Assembly (NCBI RefSeq): GCF_021869535.1
Contig: NW_026262701.1
Span: 1,178,001-1,242,000, forward strand
Length of the DNA: 64,000 nt
Direction of reading: 5' to 3'
Source: Mytilus californianus
Taxonomy: Eukaryota
Shown here piece by piece: positions 63,851-64,000 of the stretch. The position numbers and the translations under genes were made by a program. Position 1 is the first letter of the stretch, and every line of letters begins with the position of its first letter. Under the pieces are notes generated by a model that searched no databases, was not told the DNA's origin, and saw only the letters and a program-made list of their open reading frames with translations.

Positions 63851-64000
63851 CCTCCTGTATACTTATGAAAAAAACAGTGACCAGACGTCATCTCCTTTGT
63901 TCAGGATAATTAACATCTTATGTTGTCCATGATAAGAACATATATAATAATGAAAATAAAATGATTCAAGGTTACTCTATTATTTTTAGAGTTATTCTTT

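Noticed and set aside
1-64000. tRNA, rRNA, and selenocysteine recoding in PLE ORFs
   Set aside because: No cloverleaf or rRNA-like conserved blocks were seen. The PLE copies are too decayed (TAA/TAG stops and frameshifts) to argue for TGA recoding, and no SECIS was identified by eye.

Overview
AT-rich eukaryotic (animal) genomic DNA. The repeat families and retroelement proteins point to a mytilid mussel (Mytilus-like bivalve); this is inferred from recognition, not from a search. The window is mostly nested, decayed transposable elements: many Penelope-like retroelement (PLE) pieces, some with hammerhead-ribozyme-bearing pseudo-LTRs, plus L1/Tx1, two L2 and one I/Nimb LINE fragments, a TIR-bounded Tc1 (DD34E), two PIF/Harbinger-ISL2EU-type transposase remnants, a probable CMC-EnSpm remnant, Sola2-like and other MITEs, and Helentron-associated HINEs. 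A ~13.7 kb tandem array (17.9-31.6 kb) of a TE-mosaic unit records its own step-wise history. Only one host gene is supported: a two-exon GIMAP/AIG1 immune GTPase on the minus strand (35795-37313). A single 1-nt frameshift in it hides a coiled-coil tail ending in a CaaX box (CSIL*). The most unusual element is a 1.3 kb foldback transposon with ~495-bp TIRs, CAC...GTG ends and a 5-bp TSD (Transib/RAG-type signature). No rRNA, tRNA or CRISPR array was seen. Boundaries of degenerate repeats are approximate (tens of bp).
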